Positions 25,426-38,172 are shown, counted from the whole stretch's first letter. The stretch: 63,632 nt of DNA, filler included, from Basidiobolus ranarum (GCA_040143965.1; 10 parts of 10 records of this genome joined end to end with filler, not necessarily neighbours in it), one strand, 5' to 3'. Translations and numbers: made by a program. The notes: a model not told the origin generated them from the sequence alone.

Positions 25426-27516
25426 NNNNNNNNNNNNNNNNNNNNNNNNNNNNNNNNNNNNNNNNNNNNTTAATTAATTAANNNNNNNNNNNNNNNNNNN
25501 NNNNNNNNNNNNNNNNNNNNNNNNNCTTTGGAAGCTAACAAGTGAAGGACTATAGAATAGGAAAAAAGGACGTTCACACGTCAGGTCGACAATTGTACTT
25601 TTGCTTGGAATGAAGGTACACAACCGATTTTTCTTCAGAACTTTGTCTGTTTACTATAAAGGGAAGAGTAGGAGGGTTAATACGCACCAAGACTCGTGAT
25701 ATTATTGTAGGAATCATTATAACGCTGAAAGGAAGTTTTGCTTACTTGTGTAAATAGACTAGGTTACTTTGATGATAGGTTATACGTTCCAAATTTCCAT
25801 CAATTCAAGGAAGGGTGAAAATAAATAGGCAGTCGGACGATATCTTGAATACGATAGTTTAGATACGAAAGAAAATCATGCTCTACATATTAGAGTCAAC
25901 AAATTACCTTGAAAGTGAAGGGAAATAGAAACGAATCTACTATAATATGAGGTTAGTTAGAAGCACAAATAACCATAAAGTTGATTAGCTTACATTAACG
26001 AGTTGAGATCTAACAGACGATATGAAAGAGGAGAAGTGAACTTAATGTTGTCAAAATCTTGTCCTTACGAATTATTTTTATAGGACACAAAAGCCTGACA
26101 TGCTAAATGGAGCATACTCTTGTATATATCCTCATCGAGCTAACCATTCAAACGAGACAGGCATGATGATCCAGCTGCTTGTTTCTTTTGCTGGGTTTCC
26201 GCACAAATGCTGCTCCTACCTAATATATTGTATGCGAGTTTAAGTAGAACACCAGATATAACAAACTCAACTGCAGAACTCTGCCTTCCTACTTGAGCTC
26301 AATCTCGAAAAACACCACTTTGTAACAGTTATACGATGATTTATCACTTGCATGGTTGGTTATTAATTAGGAACTTTCTTAGAATTCGCTCAATGTTGAG
26401 AGCACCATACCTTCCATTCAATACTCTCCCCAGATGCCATAAAACAAAACAACTAGAAAAGCAATAAGTCTATGTTTATGGGGCTCGGTTTATTGTGCAG
26501 CATTACGACAACGCTGTACATATTCAAAGATGGAAACTACTATAACAAGCAAGTAATCAATCAACCAGAATGCACTATTGGATAGTAGAGACACCCAATT
26601 GAGCTCTCTTTGAGCTGGTGCTAAGAAACCTTTTACCAGCAGAGTTGCCTCAGAACACTGGGTGAGCGAGTAATACTGGATACAGTGCAATGAAATAGCA
26701 GGATGTTTGTCATGGCAACAAAACTCGAAACCATAGGCTATCTGGCAGTGATTTGGTGTTTGATATGCACTTACATCCCAGATAGAATCTCTTACGACAA
26801 AATGAAGTCAAATCGCTGCAATATTTACGTTTATTGCATGATCGTTGATTCACTTGTTGAATGCCAACTTTATGGTCAAGATCCTGTGTAGATTTAGTAA
26901 AAGTGAAGTATCAATGCATATATTATTATGAATAACACCAGCACTGATCCCACTCGCAACGGAAAATAGGACCACCATGTATGCCATCACTTCAACCAAC
27001 TCATGATCGTTTTCAAATACTGAAGAGGCGTGTTTCTTGACTGATGTTGCAATAAATGACTACACTGTAGTTCAATCACATCTTTCATTTGCCATGAAGT
27101 TCCTCGATCCTATTCGATTTTGTCACCACTACATTTTCGCATTTTTACAAAGCTTCAGTTTGATGTGAGAGGTGATTTTACACCTGCCTTATGCCATTTT
27201 CGTTGACCGCATATTTGATAGCTCAACAGTGCCTGCCAAAGAGCTTTACTAACCTTTTGTTGAGATCCAAAAAATTGGTAATTTATTTTCGAATTAAAGT
27301 TTCAAATCCATTTTCAATTATGTCTAAAAAGATTCTATATAAAATAAAACCATCGTTATACAAACAGCTCTAACAAAGTACATTTACATGCTAACCTAGT
27401 GAATGTACAAAGGATAAACTAAATAAAGATGGCTGGAGTTGAGGAGGCTTTACGAAGTAATTTTCAAAATAAATAACTAGCTATACGAGCAGAACATACA
27501 ATAGAATCACACTCAC

Positions 27517-29651
27517 TTAAAGCACTCTTTTTACTAAAGTCATAACACTTTCGATGTGCTTAGTTTGAGGGAATAGGTCGAAAGGAGTGATATCGACGAC
27601 ATCATAATCAGGTAAGGGGTTTTCGGCAGTGCTCTCACTGGCTTTCTTGTGAATGTAAGCCAAATCTCTTGCTTGTGTTTGAACGTTACAACTAACATAA
27701 ACCACACGAGCAGGTGCGAATTTGAGTAATTGATCGAGGAAGCTATCACTGCAGCCCTTACGGGGTGGATCGATAACCATAGCACTCTCATTACCATCGA
27801 ATTTGACTTCTTTGAAGATCTCCTCCGCATCCCCTACAATAAACTCACAATTGTTGATGTTGTTAAGTTCAACATTTTGCTTGGCATAGTTAACAGAATC
27901 ACGAGAGATTTCAACACCTATCAAAAGAAAAATTAGAATATGAAGCATAAACCACAAAGCTATCCAGTTATCTACATACCCAACACTTTGTCAAATTTGG
28001 CATGGCATGAAATAGCAAATAACCCAGATCCGCAATAAGCATCGACCATATACTTAATTTTGGACTTGTCTTCCTCGGTGGCTTGCAAATGCTCAGCAGC
28101 ATAATTGATAAGGAGAGGAAGAATCGATGCGTTGTTTTGGAAGAAAGAACCTAAAATTATATGTATAGAGTTTAGACTCAGATTAACATCCAAATGATAC
28201 TTGTAGTTATTAATTACCGGCAGGGAAATCAAACCGGTGCTTCTCCACCATTTCAGTAACGATCTTCTTGTGGTCCGTAATATATCCTTTTTCGTAGATA
28301 ACTTCTCCGTTTTCATCTTTGTTTTCTTGGGGAATGTTGGTCTCTCTGATCAACAAAGTGGCACCACGCTTGTATGTATCTTTGTTTCTTTGATAAGCAG
28401 ACAAATTAGTCAATTGAATGAAGCATTTTACCACTGCGTAAGACTTACTCGAAAACATAATCTCTCATAACTCCATAACCTTTTTGGATTGATGGGGTTC
28501 CTATCATGCAGTCTTCAATATCCAAAATTTGGCGGCGACCTTGGATGGCAAAACCAATCTCAACTTTCTCTAAAGTACTCTTAGGCTTCTGGAAATGTGG
28601 AGTGAGCTTGGTTCTGTACCCAAACTCCATAGGAGAGCCAACAACATCATTTACAGTGAGACTTTTTACATTAGCTATTAAGATTAAAACTGTTAGTAAA
28701 ACTACGATTCAAGTGAGAAATGAATAGTACTGCTTCTTACGAGCAAAATTCTTGAATGCGTTTATAACAACATTCTTCTTGAACTCTTTTTGTTTCTAAA
28801 GAATATAACCAAAATAAGTTTATACTAATCAACACGCTCAATCATACTAAAGCATACCTCATAAGTCAAATGTTGGAACTGACAACCAGAGCATGTGCCG
28901 AAGTATTTGCAGGGGGCTGAAATACGCTCAGGAGAAGGAGTGAGAACCTCCACCAAATCAGCAAAAGAATATCCCCTATTAGAGTGAACTATTCTAAGCA
29001 TTTGATAATCATAAAAATATAATATTCGATAGATATATTTACCAGCAAGACCTATACACTCGAGCACGAATTTTTTCTCCGGGTAATACAAAAGGTACGA
29101 GAACAACCCAACCGTTATCCTCAATTATACCCATACCTTCACCTAATTAGTTAAAGATATGCGTTTAGTTAGTTGCTTCTAAAAATGTAAAGCAATACAA
29201 TGATACCTGAAGCAGCCAACTCTCGAATTACAAGCTCGATTTCCTGGAGATGTTCGAAGGGGTTTTGTCTCTCTTCCTCATTCGTATCCTTTGTTTTATC
29301 GTCAAGTTTTTCCCAGTAGCTTTTTCTAACATTATCGATGTCATATCTTAAGACATCGTCCAAGTCTTTCTTAAGTTTACGTTGAGATCTTTTTCTTTTT
29401 CCTGTGATTTTCTTTGGTTTCACCTCTTGTTTTTCTGTGTCAGAGGGAAGGGCGGTAACAGTGGGCTGAATTTCGGTAACTTGTGCACTATCCATTCTGA
29501 ATTTAGAGTTGAAATGTTTTGCGGAGAATTGGGTAGGGGCTAGTGTGGACTTTGTTCTCAAAGATATGTGTGAGCGGGCTAGTATCAAGTTGCTTGGTAA
29601 AATAGGGCGTATGTTTGTTAAAAGCTTCCAAGAAGTCTTAAGTGAATGCAT
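27517..29651 (-). CDS. TRM2: tRNA (uracil-54-C5)-methyltransferase, multi-exon
   Basis: TRAM-like region, CKYFGTCSGCQFQH, SFFQNN, VDAYCGSGLFA, VIDPPRKG, VYVSCN, FDLFPQTKHIES. In-frame ATGs at 29651 and 29495. Confidence 0.93.
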
Positions 29652-30671
29652 ACACAACTATGAATAACAAGGCAGGAAATATGTCAATGAATATTTAATA
29701 CTTGAGTTTCTACTGATGCATTACATTTCTTTTTTTTTCTTTTTACTCTCCTCACATTTTTTCTTGATTTTTTCAGAACGCAATTCACTGGGGCTCCAGA
29801 TCCCAACAATATTTTTTGACCTCGAGATCATTAGTGATGGGCGCTTAAAATAAGCCACATTTTAATCAACCTTTACTACTTTTCGATTCTTTGGTCCAGA
29901 TTTGTGTACACGTGATCAGGGTGGACGATCCGGTATCAATCATCATGGAATCCGCGTAAAACACGCCCATGTCATATAACTAGGAATGCGTTCTGATTAA
30001 ATAATTCCATTTATGTCCTACAACCATTCATTGGCCAAAACCTCGATATATCATCCATCCACGGACAGGTCCATCGGAACTCTAAATCTTATTAACTGCC
30101 CGTTTGTTGAATTTTCTATTTTCGACAAGTACACGGGATGTAGACGACACAAATGTTTCGATGATGCATGAATCATGTTCATCATCAGTCTGGTTTAATA
30201 TCCAGAATACTCTAGGTATGGCTCTTTCCTCTTTGGAAACTTGGTCACACAGAGCCAGGTCATCTGGCATTATTTTCCTCTGGTTGTATCGACTTCGCGC
30301 GAATATTCGATAATATTATTGCATACTCTGCTGGCCAACCAAGTGCAGAGTTTTATTAAGAAATTCAAGGCCATGTAATATTGCTGCTCGGACACACCGT
30401 TGAAAGTTTTCGACTTGCAACTATTGGCTGATATGGATATAGACTAGGAGTTAAAATTGTTTGTACCACTTACACTACCCTTCTATAGTTCATCACCCTA
30501 CTTAATTAATTATTAATCTGAGTGGTTTTAGAAAAGCGACTTTTTGATAATTTAGTTCTGTCTTTAGTCTTACATTTTAGTAGCAATATATTCTTTCTTC
30601 CTCATACCATATTTCCAGTTATTACTCAGCGCAATTGCTTTAATTCCATAAAAACATAGCTGCTCTTTACT

Positions 30672-31799
30672 ATGTTTTTCCTGAGTTTCTTAAGAAGTCA
30701 CACATTTCTACTTTTGGTAACACTTGCTACAGTGGTAGTTGCTCAAAGTACATCTGGTATTAGATCACGCTAAATTTCTTTCGTTTTTAACTGTTCTACT
30801 AACACTTTATTTTATAACACAAACAGTTGATGACATTACCACCACCTGTGGACCAAATATATATTGTCTGCCTTTAGAAGGCGCATTATGGTTACCCCAA
30901 CAAAACCGATTTGTCAGATGGAATAGCAAATACCCCACCTTTGCCGTTGCAGGTTTTGTAAATATAAGCCTATACAATACTCAGTCTACCAATCCTGTAA
31001 GGCAATGGCCACTTTATGAGAATGCCGAGGGCCTTCTGGCTATAAATAGTTTTGATTCCAATTGGTTTATTGGAGCCGCTTTAGTCCAAAAGTTCTACTT
31101 TATTATATTAGGCCCTAACGATAACCCGTCCTTGGCTCAATTAGGCCCAGTTTTTTCTATTCAAAGTATGTATAGGCAGAGCATTATTGTCGATCTTGGA
31201 TAGTATTTATAACTATTTAATTGATGAAATAGGTTCGCTTTCATCAACCGCAAGCCCAACTACATCTATCACTAATTCTGCGAGCCCAACATCCAACCCT
31301 AAGCCTTCTGGTATATCCAGCGGGAGTTTTCCCACTGGAACATCTGGCACAAGATTACCAGATCACGAGTCTGGCGGACTCTCAGTTGGGGCCATTTGTG
31401 GAATCGCTGTAGGAAGTGTGCTGTTGGTTACTGCAGTGGCTTGATATCCTTTTTATTTCTCACCCAAATGATCAACTACTGTATAGCATACCCATATTTA
31501 TCCTTAACTTCTTCTCACTCTCATTTATGTCGCTCGACGTCGACAAAAGAATCACAAAAAAGGATACGATTTCCAGCTTGAATCTGAATCTGGATCTGGA
31601 GTTAACGGCTATAGCGCCGCAAGTCCAGCCATTTTAGCTACTGCTCGTGATAACAGCTCAAATAGTGACGCCGACTCAACAATACCTATGTCAGAAAGCC
31701 TTAGCCCTACCAAGCGAAACTCTCTTTGCCTTACTGTCAAGGGTGCTCAAGAACTAGCCCACGCCGTATCAGACTTTGGTAACTCTGCTTCACAGTTTT
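30672..31799 (+). CDS. Type I single-pass surface protein (signal peptide, globular ectodomain, S/T stalk, TM, cytoplasmic tail); 3' end cut by contig edge
   Basis: MFFLSFLRSHTFLLLVTLATVVVAQ; introns 30748-30826, 31166-31232 (GT-AG) and 31444-31518 (AT-AC); TM GLSVGAICGIAVGSVLLVTAVACLIYVA followed by RRRQK; the frame stays open to the contig end. Confidence 0.85.
31444..31518 (+). other. U12-type AT-AC intron, 75 nt
   Basis: 5'SS ATATCCTTTT, branch TCCTTAAC at 31501-31508, 3'SS CAC. Removal deletes in-frame stops and joins TG+T (Cys) inside the TM helix. Confidence 0.92.
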
Positions 31800-31899
31800 N
31801 NNNNNNNNNNNNNNNNNNNNNNNNNNNNNNNNNNNNNNNNNNNTTAATTAATTAANNNNNNNNNNNNNNNNNNNNNNNNNNNNNNNNNNNNNNNNNNNN

Positions 31900-32103
31900 T
31901 TGATCCATAGTTCTCTGAGATTTTAGCCAATCATTTGCAACTATTTTGCGAGATCTTGAAATTTCACTCCTGAAACTGAAAAAATTGATTAAAATGAAAT
32001 CTAACTTGACGATTTTATGATGGTAAGTAAACGGTCAACCCCAAATGGATTAAAATTGTGATGGTTTTCCTACAATAATAATCCTCAAATTTCTGTTAGG
32101 GAT
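31900..32103 (-). repeat. Dispersed repeat, probable DNA-transposon terminus
   Basis: Reverse complement of ~56993-57194; both copies end at CCCTAACAGAAATTTGAGG and run into contig edges. Confidence 0.75.
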
Positions 32104-32133
32104 TATACATACAAAAAATTCACCAGTTTAATC

Positions 32134-32990
32134 ATGGATTTATCTAGGCCCAAGGCTCCATCATTACAGCTACATGTTTTGAGAAATACAGTGTTAGTAC
32201 ATGAGGAGTCTTCTGACTCTTGCTTATATGGATCCTTAGAATTAAAACTCTACAAGCCATTGAAGATTCACCCTGTTCACATGGTACTCAAGGGAGTTTT
32301 TGTGACAAAACTAATATCAGGTAATAGAGTCAATTATACCATTTTGGGGTTTCAAGCATGTGCTTTACTCTTCCCTGAGTTAAACGGTAATGTTAACTGA
32401 TTTTTCTGTGAGTCTAGGTCTATGGGTAAATCTAGAGACAAGATGTACCAGTACTTGTGTGATCATTGAAAGACAGGTTACTGGGTATTATCTAGGATCT
32501 GGTGAATATTTGTACAATTGTGTTGTAAAGATTCCCGTCACACCGATCAAACCACAGTAACAAACATCGGGAAAATAGAGTATCGACTCTATGGGATTAT
32601 TGAAACGATAGGCTTCCAACAAAACTTGACTAAATCAATACCAGTTTATGTACAGCGAACTTTACCAAAATGTGACGATTTTGGTATATCCAATGGCCTG
32701 TGGAAAAGTATGTTACGCTATCAGGTGATGATAAGCTGTATAGATTACACGCTGGACGATTCTTTGAGTGTTATATTTCGATTGGAATCTCTAGTAGATG
32801 TTTCTTTTCCATGGAAACTCTCCGTCACTTTAAGTGAATCTGTCGGACACTCCAAATCATATAAGAACGGGAAACTGGAGCTTAGAAAAAGCAATCGAGT
32901 TATCAGCAAGACTGTGGGATATAGTTTGATTGGGACGCCGTATCCAACGCTATAAAGAAATGCCATGAAGCCGTTCACGCTTTAGGTTGT
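32134..32990 (+). pseudogene. Arrestin-domain (alpha-arrestin-like) gene, frameshifted
   Basis: LYGSLELKLYKPLKI, GEYLY, TTVTNIGKIEYRLYGIIE, LTKSIPVYVQR, GLWKSMLRYQV. After the first intron the frame stops at ~32558 and homology continues in another frame. The 3' end is approximate. Confidence 0.6.
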
Positions 32991-33540
32991 CCTAGAGTCT
33001 CAACTAGGTAAGGATATTTGACTTTAAGATTGAAATCTTTCGATTCTCTTTCTATAACAAAGCGAACTAATGAATGTTATTTTCTAGCGTTCGCATAGGA
33101 ACTCGTCTGGATAAAGAATCTCATATTCAAGATAAAATTGATAGTGTAAATAAGCTACTAGAAAGTAGTAAATCCAAATAAATTCTATTGAATTTCTTAC
33201 AGTTCTACTTGAAATTAACGTAACGCGTTAATCAAAGGCGGTATAACTCCCATATTTTTGGATTTTATCGAGAATTAAGTAAAGGCTTCCTAATTTTTAT
33301 AAAATACCTTTATTATACATGTAGATTCTCGGAAAGAGTGCCTGTAAGGGTAGATAGACTTTCTACCTAACTATGATAACTCAAAACTCAATGCAGAAAT
33401 ATCGAGTTTTTTGATGAATGAGTAGCAACTATAATTATTGTGGAATTAATCTTCACTTTATTGCCAGGTCTTAATTTTATCGTACTGTCACAATGAGCAT
33501 AAGAACAAGACTGCAAGAACATCGTCAAATACAGCCCCGT

Positions 33541-34333
33541 TTACTTTACCAAATTAAACTCCAGTTCCAAAAAGCCGAACATTGGTGCTAAATATGCCTG
33601 ATACTCCTCACTACCATATCGAATGTCAAAATCGAAAACATGACTTTTAATCTCTAATCTAACTTTTCTATCCGCATTTTCGAGGGCCTTTTTCATATTC
33701 AGGGAATGTTCCGGGATCACCATGGTATCTGCATCGCCATGTACAAGATATGTTGGTGGATAGTTTGCATGGATTTGATTTAAAGGTGAGATATCTTTAA
33801 ATTTGGATATCTCAGCTTCAGAGTTAGGATCAAGTCCGGTCATCATTTGTAGACTACACCCATTTTTATTGGCAAAGGCAAAAAGCTGGTAACGTGGGTG
33901 ACTAGCGGATTTTTGAAAATATGGTCCTCCAGTTGCGGGATTAATCTCAAAAGGGGTTTCAACTACGACAGGTGGTATCTGTGCTACCTTTTTTAATTCC
34001 TCGGCAAGACAATCTCAATATCCACAGAGCCATTGAGTAGTTTTGGTAGCTCTTCCTTGCCCAAGTTACAACATCCACAACGTCTTTGTAAATCTCTCTG
34101 AGAGGTGTTTGAGGAGCTAAACGGTAATTGGCAGAGACTAGAATCCACTCACGTCTGGCCACTTCTTCAAGATAACGTGGCATAGCACTCTTATTGCCAA
34201 GTACAAACCTTCCACCGTGTAAAAAGATTATCACTGGAGATTTACCACCTGAGGCCGAGGAAGTTGTGTGATAAACATCAACGTCAACCCCTAGTACTTT
34301 CTTATAGTCAAAGTGTTGAGCAGTTGGTACCAT
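33541..34333 (-). pseudogene. Alpha/beta hydrolase (HSL/BD-FAE-like esterase), disrupted, intronless
   Basis: PVIIFLHGGR, SANYRLAPQ and PPTYLVHGDADTMV are present. There is a frameshift near 34055, and the GxSxG nucleophile segment is absent. Confidence 0.78.
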
Positions 34334-35666
34334 TTGTCGTTTTTCGTTACTGAAGCTACAACAGGAGGCTTAGACTCGGTTTATATATTAGAATTACATC
34401 AGATATCATGGGGCTCGTTGAATTCGCATCCGTGTATCTTTCCAGTATGGCTGTTGACCTTGCCACGTCATATACTTTAAGGAGATTCATTAGATATTCC
34501 CTAAAATTATAAAGAAATAATGTTATTAAGGAATCAAGCAACATTACAATAATCGTCAGAAACCGCATCAACGATTCAATTTAGTGGCATCTGACTTGTT
34601 CAATCCTCACCCAGTAGTGTTGATCCTCCCAAACGATCATTCTGGGGATTCACTTGGAGTCAGAGAATCTACATTAACTGCCCGATGCTTAATAATCCTT
34701 AAGTGATCGCTACCGTGAACAGAACGTGAAGAGAATTGAAGAATCCTCCAACGGGTCGTATCAGGTTTTAGTTCAGGAATGTGATTTCACAAGATTATTC
34801 TCGAGATCATGAAGATATTTTGGTCGTGATCGCGATGCTGAAACCAGTATATATCTGTGATACTCCGATCAGGTCTGTTCCAGTTTTTGAAGTTTCTTCG
34901 GAGCACTGTCGTCTGGCATTCCGAGACTCGCCAAGAAGATAATCACAACTATTGGACCGATCAGACACATGGGGAATAGGCGACAGAGGGTTGATGTTTC
35001 AAGATTGCTAGATTTTAAATGATACTATATTTATTCGTGATTACATGGAATTTTCCCCTTTTAAGTTTTAGCCGATTTCAGTGGCGTCTCACAACAAATA
35101 TCTAGCTTGGGCGTTCACAAATTTATCTTATGGAGCTGTTGTTTGCCTCCTGATGTTTTGGTCTAAAGATGAGCACTGGACGCTCAAGTGACTAGAGTGC
35201 TGAAACCATGTCAGCAAGTATTGTGTTCCTAATGAGTGTTGTCAAGGGTGGAATTTCATTCAGGCGAAGCTCCCCATCGTATGTCTTTATTAGTAAAACA
35301 CTCCACAGTAACCATTACTAGCCTGTGTACAGTGGTAAGACATTATTGGATAACCAAGTTCATTGGCGTTCCAAGTTGTATAACAGGTATTCAATAGGTT
35401 TTTGCACAATGGGAGCCTACTTCTTTCCTAGAGTTTTGGTCCGTAACCGATTCCTGGAGAATAAACCTAGTTGATGAGAGTTTGAGTGAAGCTTACTTCA
35501 AATAAACGTAACACAAACTTTTAAGGGTATGCGAATTTAGTTTTCCTCACGTAAATAATAAAAATATTTCTCTTCATTTAAACACTGCAAAGGTATAAAA
35601 AGTAGCTGTGCAGCTCCATCAAAGCTCAGTTACTTTTCTGCTAGTGGATCCATCTTTTGCGTCAAG

Positions 35667-36770
35667 ATGGCAAGAGATGAGAAACATAGTAAGAGTCACA
35701 GGCAAACTAACAAGGAGCTCTTCGAGGACATCATACTAGGCAACACAATGTCTCCAATCAGTTTGATCGACTTTCGACGTTATCTTCAGCATCAGGAGCA
35801 CAGTATTGAAAACCTTGACTTCTACAAATGGTACCTGACTTACTGTAAGAAATTTAATTCATTACCACTCCAAGAGCGTGAAAAATCCCCGCCACCTAGA
35901 AAACATAAACTGTCGATGTATCATACAAAACCACATTACAAGGAGGATACAAACCTATTTTCTAAATTACGAAAACAATCATCGCTTTCTTCAGAGGATT
36001 TACTAAGAGAAGAAGAGGATCTTACACTCGAATTGAGTAAACCTCAAGTTGCTGTTCTGAGCAGAACCTCCACAGATTCCATTGAATATGAACTGAAAGA
36101 TATCGAATCCAAGATATCCTCTAGCTCTAGATCTGCCCAGCAGCCATTTCGTAGGGAGGTGGATGTGGCAATCAAAAAATACTTCACCTTGGACTCGGAA
36201 GCGGAAGTAAACGTTAGTAGCAATATTCGTAATCAGCTATTAAGGGATGTAACAAATACTACGAACCCAGCAGTGTTTGAGGATGCGACAACCGAAATTC
36301 TATCTATGTTGATAAACTCGTCCATCCCTAACTTTCGAGCTTCTGCGGTGCAAAATATTACACCAAAGACAATTGTATGGCGCATCATTCGAACCACTAT
36401 TCTCTTGATGATATGTTGTGTGATTCTTTTCTGTCTTGTTATAACTCGACAGGAAAAATGGTGTCGAGCTACTCTATTTCCCATCTTAGGGCTTGTTGTT
36501 ACAAGCTATATCACGAACCCCAAGGGAATATGCTTGTTAAAACAATTTACCGGAGAAAGAGAGGTGCTAGACTTTGAGGACACTTGCGACGCAGGTGAAC
36601 TTGAACGGTCACTATTTCACAGGATAATTGGAAGAACTAGAAACGTTCGAGATAAAGGAACCGATCCAAGAATCCGAAAAGAAAGACTGAAGTTAGCCAT
36701 TTTGTTGGTATGTTTGACCGTTTTAAGCTGTGGAATATTGTTTACTGCCATCCTTTTAATTCCCAACTGA
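35667..36770 (+). CDS. RGS-domain protein with three C-terminal TM helices (fungal Rax1/RgsB-like), intronless
   Basis: SPISLIDFRRYLQHQEHSIENLDFYKWY and QPFRREVD...EVNVSSNIR...NPAVFEDA form a split RGS domain; three hydrophobic segments follow. Confidence 0.85.
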   Translation: MARDEKHSKSHRQTNKELFEDIILGNTMSPISLIDFRRYLQHQEHSIENLDFYKWYLTYCKKFNSLPLQEREKSPPPRKHKLSMYHTKPHYKEDTNLFSKLRKQSSLSSEDLLREEEDLTLELSKPQVAVLSRTSTDSIEYELKDIESKISSSSRSAQQPFRREVDVAIKKYFTLDSEAEVNVSSNIRNQLLRDVTNTTNPAVFEDATTEILSMLINSSIPNFRASAVQNITPKTIVWRIIRTTILLMICCVILFCLVITRQEKWCRATLFPILGLVVTSYITNPKGICLLKQFTGEREVLDFEDTCDAGELERSLFHRIIGRTRNVRDKGTDPRIRKERLKLAILLVCLTVLSCGILFTAILLIPN

Positions 36771-37895
36771 AACCCCTTGATAGTTTTTGTCACCAATAGT
36801 ACTTACCATTACACCTCAGCCTTTCTTTACATAATTTTTGTACAGATCTATTCTTAAATCTTTTACCAAAGTATACCCCAGAATCATGTAATAATCGAGG
36901 CGATCATTTTGCTCATGTAAATCTCCACTTTGTCAAATCAATATACATTCATTTGTAAACGATAGTCTGATCGGTCATGCAATCTGAATATTATATCCAA
37001 ATATCAGGTATAAAAGGAAATTCTGTGTAGGAGACTTTGAAAATACAATATGGGCACGGAGCTTTTCACGACTTCACTTTTAGGATTACTTTTCTTGTAA
37101 CCGGAGGATGATAATCAGAAGTGGCCCTGAACGAACAGGATAGATGGTTTACACAAAATAGAGCCGCTACATCCATTGGTGATCATCACACAATACTGTT
37201 CAGACATTCCTATTTGACGACGTTAACCCGGTCATTCAGCAGACAGCAGCATGTGATATTTGGGTTATTTTCTCCTTCATATACTTGCGGTTTCGATGTT
37301 TTCGTGTTGATAGGCTGTGGAGTGTGATTCGCTCTGACACAGTTGTGACACTGACTGAAATGACGGCAACCAACATCATGTTATGAATATCGACATGGGG
37401 ACGCTGGCTAATCTACCTTAGATATAATCCTATGATTGGTAAATCAACAGGCATGCGAGATCAAGTTACTTATTCCCACCAATTCTAAATATTCAATATT
37501 CTAGCCAATAATGATGCTCAGATGGAGTTATTTGGATGGAGTTCCTGTTTGCGACACGGTCCAATGAAACACCCTTTGGTTGTAAGTTCAGTCATGCTTA
37601 TGCTTATGCTCATGCTCATGCTCATATCGTCTCAAATTTCATTTCATATGCAAAACTGTAAGAAAAAATGAATGATGATGAGAGGTTATCGCATTTCAAA
37701 ATCGATTATGTATCCATAGTCATCCAGCTCAAGTGACAGTCACTTCTTGCCTGTTGAAAGTATGCTTCGTAAAATTCTACCAAATTTCAGTCGTTTACAG
37801 TAGTTTCATACTACCTTGTCTGCAGGTAGAATAATTCGAGTTTCACCACCCTGAAAATAAATATATAGTCTAATCCCGAGTGTTTAATAGTAGAT

Positions 37896-38003
37896 ATGAG
37901 GATTATTCCCATTCCCGCTCTCGAAGATAACTATTCTTGTTTGATTATCGACGAAAGTACCAACGAAGCAATTGCTGTCGACCCAGTTGACCTTAGTAGT
38001 TTT
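37896..38003 (+). CDS. Hydroxyacylglutathione hydrolase (glyoxalase II) first exon or fragment; not in the ORF track
   Basis: MRIIPIPALEDNYSCLIIDESTNEAIAVDPV matches the glyoxalase II N-terminus; exon end approximate. Confidence 0.75.
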
Positions 38004-38045
38004 GGTAGTAGTCAATGCTCTTTATTCATTTGTTGGTCATATATC

Positions 38046-38172
38046 TGTTGAAATTAGCATTGCCTAAACACCTATATAGTCACATATAGCTTAGTATTTA
38101 GTTATCCTATATTGAACGAAGATATTACCCATTATTCTCAAGAGGAATTTACTTAGAATATTGACACCAACT
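38046..38172 (+). mobile_element. Family A LTR start, cut by contig end
   Basis: TGTTGAAATTAGCATTGCCTAAACACCTATATAGTC... Confidence 0.87.

Noticed and set aside
29143-29206. TRM2 intron 1 as a fourth U12 intron (GTATCATT donor, TCTTTAAC near the 3' end)
   Set aside because: Both motifs mismatch the consensus, the putative branch is only ~8 nt from the end, and a normal CTAAC lies upstream. It could be a converted intron but is not supportable without scoring.
33541-36770. Intronless genes (esterase, RGS, also PHO89 and fasciclin) as bacterial HGT
   Set aside because: Lack of introns alone is not evidence; RGS and PHO89 look like ordinary fungal proteins, and phylogeny would be required.
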